Source of the DNA: Eledone cirrhosa
Taxonomy: Eukaryota
NCBI GenBank assembly: GCA_964016885.1
Contig: OZ024746.1
Span: 1,426,001-1,490,000 of the forward strand
Direction of reading: 5' to 3'
DNA length: 64,000 nt
In this document: positions 13,313-24,561 of the stretch, piece by piece
Layout of the letters: every line of letters starts with the position of its first letter
Numbering within the stretch: position 1 is the stretch's first letter
Position numbers and translations under genes: made by a program
The notes under the pieces: model-generated
What the model saw: only the letters and a program-made list of their open reading frames with translations
The model's database searches: none
What the model was told of the DNA's origin: nothing

Positions 13313-13622
13313 GCATGTGTGTGTGTGTGTGTGGTGAGAGATAGATACATAGACAGATGGATTCATATATTCCTGCCTGCGTGCTGTAAGAAGTTACTAA
13401 AAGTGTTGATGTCAAGAAGAGCATCTGCCAGTAAAACATGGTCTCAAATTCTACCATGAAAAAGTTGGTGTAGAAACAACAGGCTTCTATACAGTTACCA
13501 TCCACCAAAATTTCACTCACAAAGGCTTTAGTAGAAGACACTTGGCCAAGGTATCATATAGTTAGACTGAACACCAAATGGTGTAGTTGCGAAATGATGA
13601 GTCACGTGAAGCACCTGCTGTA

Positions 13623-13999
13623 CTCTCGGGTCGGTCCCAAATAATAGGAGTGGGATAAACAGGGGGGAGGTTGGAATAGGGGGGGGGGGTCATTAGAAAA
13701 TCAGTAATTTTTCTAGGTCGTCTCCGTTGATTTTTTTTAAAAACCAGAATTAGTAATTTTGTTTACATATTGAGACCCTAACCCATCCTATTTATTTTAT
13801 AAGATATGGGATTTCTAGTAATGTACTTCTTTGCCATGTATAATGTTTTATAATGTCTAAAGAAGATTGTGACACGAATGCTACCACTTGAAATAAAATT
13901 TTACCAGAGATAGATTAGTAAAATTTAATAAGGGGAGGGGGGGGGTCAGAATGGGGGGGGGGCGAATGGGGGGGGGGGGGGTTATTGGAGACCTGAGAG
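13623..13999. mobile_element. Tc1/mariner-type MITE (TA TSD); partial copies at about 8470-8698, 12085-12437, 20003-20262, 22754-23043, 23749-23800, 60123-60360, 61930-62096
   Basis: TA|ctctcgggtc...ccaaataa / ttattggagacctgagag|TA inverted termini. The internal sequence (aaaaccagaattagt...gatagattagcaaaatttaataag) is shared among the copies. Confidence 0.75.
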
Positions 14000-14218
14000 T
14001 ACTGTATATGTTTATAAATGATGACAACATTATTTTTCCAAAATATACTTTGCTAATAATAGAGAGTGACTTATCACTTGTTACTTGAGTCGGGAGTGGG
14101 GGTGGGGGAGTGGGGGGGGGGGGGGGGTAATCATGTTGACCTGGTTAACTTTAAAAATACATTAATGACATTTATATATAAAGTACTTTATTGAGGAGAC
14201 TTAGGGTTATTATGACAA

Positions 14219-14586
14219 TGATGGTGGTGGTAGTGGTGATGTAGTGGTGGTGGTGGTGATGGTGATGATGAAGATGGTGATGGTGGTGGGGATGGTGATG
14301 GTGGTAGTAGTGGTGGTGATGGTGGTGATGGTGATGGTGGCAGTGATGGCGATGGTGATGGCGGTGGTGATGGTAGTGGTGGTGGTAGTGGTGATGGTGG
14401 TGGTGATGGTGATGGTGGTGGTGGTGGTGATGGTGGTGGTGGTGGTGATGGTAGTGGTGGTGGTAGTGGTGGTGGTGATGGTGGTGGTGGTGGTGATGGT
14501 GGTGGTGGTGGTGATGGTGATGGTGGTGGTGATGGTGGTGGTGATGGTGATGGTGGTGGTGGTGATGGTGATGGTGGTGGTGATGA
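14219..14586. repeat. (GGT/GAT)n trinucleotide microsatellite
   Basis: Seen directly. It explains the poly-His, poly-Pro, poly-Thr and poly-Val ORFs. Confidence 0.97.
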
Positions 14587-14976
14587 CGAACCCCACACTG
14601 ATGTATCACAACATTGTCATTTAAGGACTGTTTTCCTTGCTAGCAACTTTTGGACAGGTCTTCAAAGACCAAGTCAGTCATTGAGTGTGGCTACTAACCC
14701 CACAGCTGGGCTTCGCCCATTTCCTCATTTTACACTACACTATATATACACACACACCACCTTCTGCCCTCCCTGCTCGGATCCCCTGTCTCCCTCTCCC
14801 TTCTCCCCCCTCCATCCACCCACCACCACCCCTACACGCCTCACACCCTTTCACCACTTGTTTCATTTTAATTTTTTTACTCTCTAAAAAATGTTTTTCC
14901 TCCCTTCCCACCCCCTTTTAATATCTTTCCACCACTCCCCTCACACCTTTGGAACTCTTTTCCTGTCCACTTTCTC

Positions 14977-15004
14977 CTGATGAAGGGCTTATGCCCGAAA
15001 CGTC
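14977..15004 (+). other. Penelope-type minimal hammerhead ribozyme-like motif, probably decayed
   Basis: CTGATGA-A-GGGC-TTAT-GCCC-GAAA-CG-TC: core boxes, helix II hairpin and palindromic ACGT helix III. Helix I is not well formed. Confidence 0.45.
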
Positions 15005-15092
15005 GTCCCCCACCCTCAAGCGTGAACCTAATATTAACACTTTGTACTGCCTCTTCGCTTCGTTTTTCTTTTTTTGTTTTAACTATAATATA

Positions 15093-15325
15093 TCATCATC
15101 ACCGTTTTACGTCCGTTCTTCCACGCTAGCATGGGTTAGACGGGTTGCCCTGTTGTGGGCAGTGTCCGGTCGGCTGACCTTGTATTGCTCATACAGGAAT
15201 GATTCTGGCTTGATTTCTACAGCTGGATGCCCTTCCTAACACCAACCTCATTTACAGTGAGTGCTGGGTGCTTTTTTCCGTGGCGCCTCCACATCCACTT
15301 TTTAGTGTGGGCTGGGTGCTTTTCT
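15093..15325 (-). mobile_element. RTE 3'-tail element (similar pieces at 3480-3637 and 17970-18085 plus; 54690-54930, 60505-60665, 63118-63300, 63722-63970 minus)
   Basis: Matches the RTE 3' UTR at 48030-48240 (gttggtgttaggaagggcatccagctgtagaaa...aacccatgctagc) with a (GAT)n tail. Confidence 0.8.
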
Positions 15326-16177
15326 ATATATATATAGCAACACAACATTCATCATCAAAACTGACTGAGGTCCATCGGAGCATGTCTTTACAACTGTAGA
15401 ACACAAATGACCATGTTTAACTTGGAACTTTGCTGTTGCAATCTTCATTAGAAAAACAAATTAGTTTTCATTGTTTACAATTTCAATAAACATTTGAAAA
15501 TCTATTTTACATTCACTATTATTAATATTGTTCTTAACATCGTCCTCACTATTATTGTTGTTGTTGTTGTTTGTATTATATAGAATAAAAGACTGAGTTC
15601 ATCGTCCAACATTCTATAGGAATAAATTATAACAATAGTGGTTATTAAAATGGTGGTTTTAGGTAGAAATGTTTATAAAGTTATTTGTCAGGACAAAAAA
15701 CAAAACTTTAAAAAATAAAGAAATTTCGGTGAAATATATTTATATAAGAGATGTGATGAAATTTGTTGTATATTAGTTTATAGCAGATCATGGGATTTAT
15801 AATGAGATGGTATCTTATAGCTCTGTGGTTAAACAGTCTGTTTCACAACTATAGGGTTTCACGTTTAATTCTATTGTAAGACAACTTTGATCTAAAGGAA
15901 GAGTGGTGAAGATCATGGAATGAGTCTAAATTTGCCAACCAAGACCTCATCCAGGACCTTACACCAAAACTAGCCACCTTTGACCTTCCTAGAAAATAAT
16001 GGGTGTCCCTTAATCAGATCCACAACACATGGAGGTAGTGTTGTTACTGTTATTGTTGGTGATGTCTTAGGTGTTGTTGGTGGTGATGTTTGTTGTTGTT
16101 ACTGTTGTTGTTGGTGTTAATATTGTTGTTGGTGTTGTTTACATGTAAGTTATTGATCCAGTGAATCAGCAGATAAT

Positions 16178-17443
16178 GGTGATAATATAATGTCATCTAT
16201 GGTGATAATATAATGTCATCTATGGTGATAATATAATGTCATCTATGAGGATAATATAATGTCATCTATGATGATAATATAATGTCATCTATGATGATAA
16301 TATAATGTCATCTATGGTGATAATATAATGTCATCTATGGTGATAATATAATGTCATCTATGGTGATAATATAATGTCATCTATGGTGATAATATAATGT
16401 CATCTATGGTGATAATATAATGTCATCTATGGTGATAATATAATGTCATCTATGGTGATAATATAATGTAATCTATGATGATAATATAATGTAATCTATG
16501 GTGATAATATAATGTAATCTATGATGATAATATAATGTCATCTATGAGGATAATATAATGTAATCTATGATGATAATATAATGTCATCTATGAGGATAAT
16601 ATAATGTCATCTATGAGGATAATATAATGTCATCTATGATGATAATATAATGTCATCTATGATGATAATATAATGTAATCTATGATGATAATATAATGTC
16701 ATCTATGATGATAATATAATGTCATCTATGATGATAATATAATGTCATCTATGATGATAATATAATGTCATCTATGATGATAATATAATGTCATCTATGG
16801 TGATAATATAATGTCATCTATGGTGATAATATAATGTCATCTATGGTGATAATATAATGTAATCTATGATGATAATATAATGTCATCTATGATGATAATA
16901 TAATGTCATCTATGATGATAATATAATGTCATCTATGGTGATAATATAATGTAATCTATGGTGATAATATAATGTCATCTATGAGGATAATATAATGTAA
17001 TCTATGGTGATAATATAATGTAATCTATGATGATAATATAATGTCATCTATGGTGATAATATAATGTCATCTATGGTGATAATATAATGTCATCTATGAT
17101 GATAATATAATGTAATCTATGGTGATAATATAATGTCATCTATGAGGATAATATAATGTCATCTATGAGGATAATATAATGTAATCTATGATGATAATAT
17201 AATGTCATCTATGAGGATAATATAATGTCATCTATGATGATAATATAATGTAATCTATGATGATAATATAATGTCATCTATGATGATAATATAATGTCAT
17301 CTATGATGATAATATAATGTCATCTATGATGATAATATAATGTCTCTATGATGATAATATAATGTCATCTATGAGGATAATATAATGTCATCTATGAGGA
17401 TAATATAATGTCATCTATGAGGATAATATAATGTCATCTATGA
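16178..17443. repeat. 23-bp AT-rich minisatellite (about 55 copies)
   Basis: Unit gataatataatgtcatctatg(gt/at/ag). Confidence 0.97.
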
Positions 17444-17554
17444 TCAGTTTCAAGTTTCAACTGTATTAGCCATGTTTCTGCTTTGTCAGCATTAACAAGA
17501 TTTAAGTATTATATGACATCGTTGTAAATCTTCACCACCAGTAATTGTGTTTCT

Positions 17555-17966
17555 AAAAAGTACCCAGTCCACACTGTAAAGTGGTCATGTTGGTGACACA
17601 ACAAAAAGTACCCAGTCCACACTGTAAAGTGGTCATATAGGTGTCACCAACAAAAAGCACCCAGTCCACACTGTAAAGTGGTCATGTAGGTGTCATGACA
17701 AAAAGCACCCAGTCCACACTGTAAAGTGGTCATATAGGTGTCACCAACAAAAAGCACCCAGTCCACACTGTAAAGTGGTCATGTAGGTGTCATGACAAAA
17801 AGCACCCAGTCCACACTATAAAGTGCTCATGTTGGTGACACAATAAAAAGTACCCAGTCCACACTGTAAAGTGGTCATGTTGGTGACACAACAAAAAGCA
17901 CCCAGTCCACACTGTAAAGTGGTCATGTTGGTGTCACAACAAAAAGCACCCAGTTCACATTGTAAA
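17555..17966. repeat. 47-48-bp RTE-3'UTR-derived minisatellite (about 8 copies)
   Basis: Same unit family as 2640-3492, followed by an RTE tail. Confidence 0.92.
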
Positions 17967-18267
17967 TGTGGTTGGTATTAGGAAGGGCATCCAGCCATAG
18001 AAACCATTTGACCTAGCCTATCTCACAACAGGGCAACTCATCCTACCCATGCTAATCTAGAAAATAGACGTTAAACGGTGATGATATAAATACAGGGATG
18101 TCTGTGTAGTTAACAAGTACATTAATATTAACTTCAAATCCCACTGAAATCAACTTTGCTGTTCATCTTCCCAGGGGTCTAAAAAATACGTCCCCTTCCC
18201 AATCATGCAATGGGTGACAATATATATTCCTATAATACATCTTTAATATGAATAAAATAATAATTGT

Positions 18268-18452
18268 TTCTACTTTTTGGCACAAGGCCAGAAATTACCC
18301 AGTGCATTACTGGTACTTTATTTTATCGACCCCGTAAGGATGAAAGGCAAAGTTAACCTCGGCAGGATTTGAACCCAGATCATAAAGGGCCGTAACTCTA
18401 TGCGTCAAAGCATGGCGTCCGACCCTCTACCGATATTGCCAATCCACCGCCC
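18268..18452 (-). mobile_element. tRNA-derived SINE, second family (copies about 255-415, 21560-21770, 22100-22305, 35297-35457, 49485-49600 minus; 25850-25990, 37700-37850, 48655-48845, 52678-52870 plus)
   Basis: Head ggcggtggattggca...gttcaaatcc (B box), then a conserved core ggttaactttgcctttcatccttacggggtcgataaaataaagtaccagt and a short (ATT)n tail. Confidence 0.8.
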
Positions 18453-18716
18453 TATGAATAAAATAATAATAAAAGATATTCTGAGATAGTGTATCTGGTT
18501 CAACATTAATATGTCCTGTCTTTAAGTCTGTAGGGTGTGAGTTGAGGGAGATTTTGTAGCTATGTCTAGCAGGCTAAATGACTATGTAAGACCCCCACTC
18601 TTGCTCTGGTTTGTCTGTTTTAAGGGGATTACAATTTAATAATCTTGTGATTTATTTTACCTTAGCCTTCATCTCAATAAAATCTGCTGATTCACTGGAT
18701 CAATAACTTACATGTA

Positions 18717-19825
18717 AACAACACCAACAACAACATCACCACCAATAACATCAACACCAACAACAACATCAATAACACCAACAACAACACCACCACCACC
18801 AACAACACCACCACCACCAACACCACCACCAATAACACCAACAACACCACCACCAACACCACCAATAACACCAACAACACCACCACCACCACCAATAACA
18901 CCAACAACACCACCACCACCAACACCACCAACAACAACATCACCAACACCACCAACACCACCACCACCAACACCACCACCAATAACACCAACACCACCAC
19001 TACCACCAATAACACCACTAACACCACCACCACCACCAACAACACCAACAACACCACCACCACCACCACCAATAACACCAACAACACCAACACCACCAAT
19101 AACACCACCAACACCACCACCACCACCACCAATAACACCAACAACACCAACACCACCAATAACACCACCAACACCACCACCACCACCACCAATAACACCA
19201 ACACCACCAACACCACCAACAACATCACCAACACCACCACCACCACCACCAATAACACCAACACCACCAACACCACCAACAACATCACCAACACCACCAC
19301 CACCACCACCAATAACACCACCACCACCACCACCACCAATAACACCAACACCACCAACACCACCAACAACATCACCAACACCACCACCACCACCACCAAT
19401 AACACCACCAACACCACCACCAACACCACCAACAACATCACCAACACCACCACCACCACCACCAATAACACCAACACCACCAACACCACCAACAACATCA
19501 CCAACACCACCACCACCACCACCAATAACACTACCAACACCACCACCAACACCACCAACACCACCACCAACACCACCACCACCACCAACAACAACAACAC
19601 TGCCATCATCAATAACAGCACCATCATCAACAACACTACCAACAACACTGCCATCATCAATAACAGCACCATCATCAACAACACTACCAACAACACTACC
19701 AACAACACTACCAATAACAATACCAGCATCAACAGTAACAGCATCAACACCACCAACAACATTGCCATCATCAATAACACCACCACCAATAGCAACAACA
19801 CCAACAACAACAACAACAATATCAA
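18717..19825. repeat. (CAC/CAA)n compound microsatellite
   Basis: Seen directly. It explains the 390-aa poly-Val/Leu ORF. Confidence 0.97.
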
Positions 19826-20806
19826 TAGAATAGGTACACCATATCCCTGTGTCCTAAGAAACAATTGAAACGGTTTGTATCAGGAAGGGTATCCCCGCTA
19901 TAAAACATTGTGTACAGTGCTCAGGTGATATATTACTACATACACAAAGACTTAAACTTTAATCTAAGTTTAAAATATTGCTATAAGAAGACATGTAGTG
20001 TTGGATCCTAAATAATGGGAGGGCGGGGGTCGGTAAATTTTCTAGGTTGTTGATTTTTTAAAAACCAGAATTAGTCATTTAGTTTACATATTGAGACCCC
20101 CAACCCATACTATTTATTTTATAACATGAGATTTCTAGTAATGTATTTTTGTTGTTGTTATATATAAGGTTTTTTAATGTTTAAAGGAAATTAATTGTTG
20201 CAGGAATTTTATCACTTAAAATAAAATTTTGTCGGAGATAGATTAGCAAAAATGAATAAGCTGTAGAGTATGTTTATGTACCTGTGTCTCATACGGCGGT
20301 TATGAGATTTCCTGGCAGTCCCAGGGCTGTGTAAAGCTGTCCAAGTAGTCATATTTGAAACAGAAGAGAAAATAACTTCTAGGCCCTGTTTACATCTCCA
20401 GGGGATACTTTTGTGTGGTTTTCCTGGAGTTCGACAGAAAAACCTAACGATGATTAAGAAGAACGACTAAGGTGTTGTCTTAGTCATTGGCAAAACAAAC
20501 GAAACAACCGTGTCATTTGAGTTAATTAGTTGTACTAACCAGAGCCGAAATAATACTTTACAAGTATGTAATTGAAGCAAGTAGGCTTTACAACTGTCCT
20601 TCGTTTATTTAGAGTAGGCAGATGAAAACAAACACACACACACATATATATACATACATATGTACAACATCACACATAGTCAAACACACACATATATACA
20701 TATATATCACAGCACACATACAGGAATAATAATTGACAGAAATAGACTTAAACAAACGGGAAGGAAATAACATTAATAACCTCGGAATAATTACAAGTAA
20801 ACTCAC

Positions 20807-20817
20807 CCGTTTAACAT
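20807..20817 (-). CDS. HPS4: Tentative first coding exon of HPS4 (ATG TTA AAC GG|gtgagt)
   Basis: Strong GTGAGT donor at 20806-20801. The ATG 11 nt upstream gives the phase-2 junction needed by exon 12765-12666. It could instead be a UTR exon. Confidence 0.4.
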
Positions 20818-21028
20818 TGTTGTTGTGACAGTGAAACATAGGATTCGTATGGAGTGTAATTAACGAGAATAGAAGCGTGTAATATGCACATGACAGGCTT
20901 GGGGGCAGGTAGTGTCTGTAATTTTGTCTGTCTTTCCTCTCAGTATATGAACGGACACATCAACACATGAGTGTGTGTATGTGTATATAAAGCTTTAAAC
21001 ACATAAGATCACTGTGGTAGGAGTGCAC

Positions 21029-21071
<43 letters not shown>

Positions 21072-23640
21072 TAAGACTATTTAACAACGAGGAAATAATC
21101 CAGGTAGTCTGTCGTTTAGCTAATGTTAGTTTAGCCTGCTGATAATTTATATTGGTCACAATAGCTTTTTGTTGTTGTTTTCTCTACAGCTAAGGTAAAA
21201 AATAGATGAACTGATTTTCCTGGCAAATCTAGTGCACCTTAAAATATCACACCTGCGGCTCAGAAAACGAGGGAGACCCGTCGCCAGGTGTTTGTAGGAA
21301 GGGGGTCTGCTCAAGGACATTCTGGTGGGCTGTCTTATTCGTAAGCTGATCACTATTTATTTTCTAAATATGAGGGGACAGCATTGAAATGTAAACAATG
21401 CCTTCTTCCCTATCTAATAGTGACGGGCCCGTAATGAGGCTTGGTAGAATATGGAAGGTATCATTAAGATGGACACTATATGGAAAGCGAAAACCCGAAC
21501 GACCAACACCTGGGAAAAACCGATGAAACCCAATCATGTAGTAAAAGAATGATGGTTTCTAATTTCTGCACAAGGCCAGCAATTTGTGGGGAGAATAAAG
21601 TCGATTATATCAGCCACAGTATAGGTTTGGTAGTTTATTATATCGACCCCACGGTGGTATGAAATACATAAAGTTGACCTTGGCAGTATTTGAATTCAGA
21701 AGGTAAACAACAAGAACAAATGCCACAAAACATATTGTTTGGACGCTCTAACGATTCTGTCAATCCAATCGACTGTCTAACAGTGTAGTACCTGTATTAA
21801 GCCTGCCAACCACAGTCTCCTGGAAAATGAAAAATAAGGGCCCGGCCCCTTATATAGAACCACTTATCATCGACCATGCCGGGAAACAGATGAGGATCGT
21901 GTCCTTCCTCCCGGAGTTTTCTTACCCCCTAGCCCTAACCCCGGGGGCATTGCATCATGTTCGGAGGTAATATTAGCACATGAAATAAACAAACCAAAAA
22001 ATACGAAAGAAAAAATGATAAAGAAAATTCCGGGGAAGGAAGGTGAAAATTCAGCTCTCCCTCCCTTTTCCGGGGGAAAAAGGTCCTTTGTACCATAACG
22101 GTTTCTAATTTAGGCACAAGGTCGACAATGGGGGGGGGGGCTCAATTAAATCGACCTCAGCGCATTACTGTTACTTTATTTTATCGACCCCGTAAGGATG
22201 AAAGGCAAAACTAACCTCGGCGGGATTTGAACTCAGATTGTAAAGGGCTGTAACTCTATGCCGCGAAACATGGAGTCCGACGCTCTACCAATTACTGCCA
22301 ATCTCCATACCGTTTTTTTAACGTTTATATATAATCTTTGTTTCAAAATCAATGATTTTTATTTTATTGTCTTCTGTAAGATTTATTTCAAAACACAATT
22401 TATATTTTTAAAAACTGGAGAAGACATGTACACTGGATCACATGCCATAAGAGGTGCTGGAGTTTTCTTTACCATGTTTGGGACAACACATTCATAGAAT
22501 TGCCGCAGATGATGGCGAGGCTAAGATACTAGAATAACCAAGCACCCTCGGGAATACCACCTGATACACCAGAGGCGAACCTCTTTGTCCAAGGACCAAC
22601 TCCCTAAAATATATCCAACATCTCAGACGGAAGAAATGTTTGCCAATAATTACCGGTGATTTAGAGTTTTATTAACTACGGTTTTTTTTTTACCATTGTT
22701 GAATTCTTTATTTCTTAATTCCATCCAGCTATGAGCCCTTGATTCCTGGTGTTCTCTCGGGTCCCAAATAATAGGGGAGGGGTAGAATAAGTGGGGAATC
22801 GGCAATTTTTCTAAGTTGTCTCCCTTGATTTTTTTTAAACCAGAATTAGTCGTTTAGTTTACTTATTGAGACGCCAACCCATTTTATTTATTTTATAACA
22901 TATGGGATTTCTAGTAATGTTTTTTAATGTCTAAAGAAAATTAATTGTCACAGGAATATAACTACCTAAAATAAATTTCACCGGTGATAGATTAGCAAAA
23001 TTTAATAAGCGAGATGGGTGACGATTATTCGAGGCCAGTGAATAGTCGTAGGGGTGACATAGTGACATACAGCATGTCTCGAGCATTTTAAACTTAACGG
23101 AGCCCAGAACTATCTCTCTCTCTCTATGTCTTAATTCCATCCACATGTAATGTGTGTTCCATTGTTTCAGCTTACACCGTAATCTGACTCCCGGTGTTAC
23201 CCGAAATAAATACAATAGGAAACAAGAACCTACTGGTAGGTGGTATACATTTGTTGATAATTGATCCATTAATTAACTTTATTAATTTCATAGTAATTAA
23301 TATACTCTATATAGTCAGTAAAAATATATGTAAAACAAATTTCAATATTTCCAGGATCTGGAAGTACTGTAAATTTCCACTTAAACCGGTTCTCGGAGGT
23401 CAAAACCATAATTTCCACATAAACCGGTTGTCGAAGGTCAAAATCATACTGGTACTTGTCTAGCCCTGATCGAGCAGACCTATTCACTATTCTAGTCGTG
23501 TCATACTTTTTCGACCACTGAATTACATTATACGATGCGCCCTCTCTCCCCCTCCTTTTTTTAAAGATTGTGGGCTTTCACTTAAGGGAGGTTATTGGAG
23601 TCGTAACACGATTAGAATTTTTATTTCTCGCCCTAGTATA

Positions 23641-23677
<37 letters not shown>

Positions 23678-24129
23678 TCGAAAGACTAACGAATATGTAA
23701 AACAGCTGAAACCGGTAAAAGTATACATGAATATATAAATAATTAAATTACTCTCGGGTCCCAAATAATAAGGGAGGGGAGGGGGGAATCGGTAATTGTA
23801 TAGTGTACGTTCGTAAATATAGGATTTCTTGTAATCATCATCATCGTTTTTTAATGTAAAATGAAATTATTAATAGATTCTCCAGCTGCTGTATCAATAT
23901 GAATCACAATAAAATTTCGTGATGCAAGACCCGGGAGAACTTGGAACATTTATACAGAAATCTTCTAAATAACCAATTACAGAGCTTAATGAGAACGTTT
24001 AATATTTTACTAAATATCTCCTATTTTTAAAATGTTCTACATATTTTGGAAGCCGTAGATAGTGTTTTAATTAGAGATATTGTAATGGGGGGGGGGGGGT
24101 AATTAAGAAAGAATACGATTGCAAATACA

Positions 24130-24480
24130 AGCAGCCAAAATGGGGTCCCTCCTAAGGTCTTTGGAGTAACATTACTCAATAGAGTGCTCCAGGTAGAGCC
24201 ACTACTTCTCCATAAGAAGAGATTACAGCTCCGGTACTATGGACATGTGGTTAGAATGTCTCAGGAAAGAATCGCAGGACAGATTTTACGGGTAAAACCA
24301 ACTGACAGGAGACCCAGGGGTAGACCCCGAGCAGGATGGTTGGATAACATCTATGAGCTTGGCTGGTCTTGCTTGGGGATCCAGACGGATAAGTTGGAGA
24401 TGGTTGCTGCTGGAAGGAGTGTTTGAGGACTCTGCCCCCTCCACAACCCTCTCAGGTATAAGTGGGAGAAGAAGAAGAGT
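24130..24480 (+). mobile_element. 3' fragment of a second RTE-like LINE family (other copies 27480-27690 minus, 29410-29720 plus)
   Basis: QLRYYGHVVRM...RRPRGRPRAGWLDNI, with a GAA-rich tail. Three mutually similar copies lie in the window. Confidence 0.8.
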
Positions 24481-24561
24481 TAATTAATTTTTTAAAACAT
24501 GGATTGGAAATTCTGAAAACTAAACATTTCTGTATCTGATATTTTATTTAAAAGGGATGAC

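Noticed and set aside
18692-19864. 390-aa poly-Val/Leu ORF (and poly-His/Pro/Thr ORFs at 14172-14624)
   Set aside because: These are trinucleotide microsatellite artefacts.
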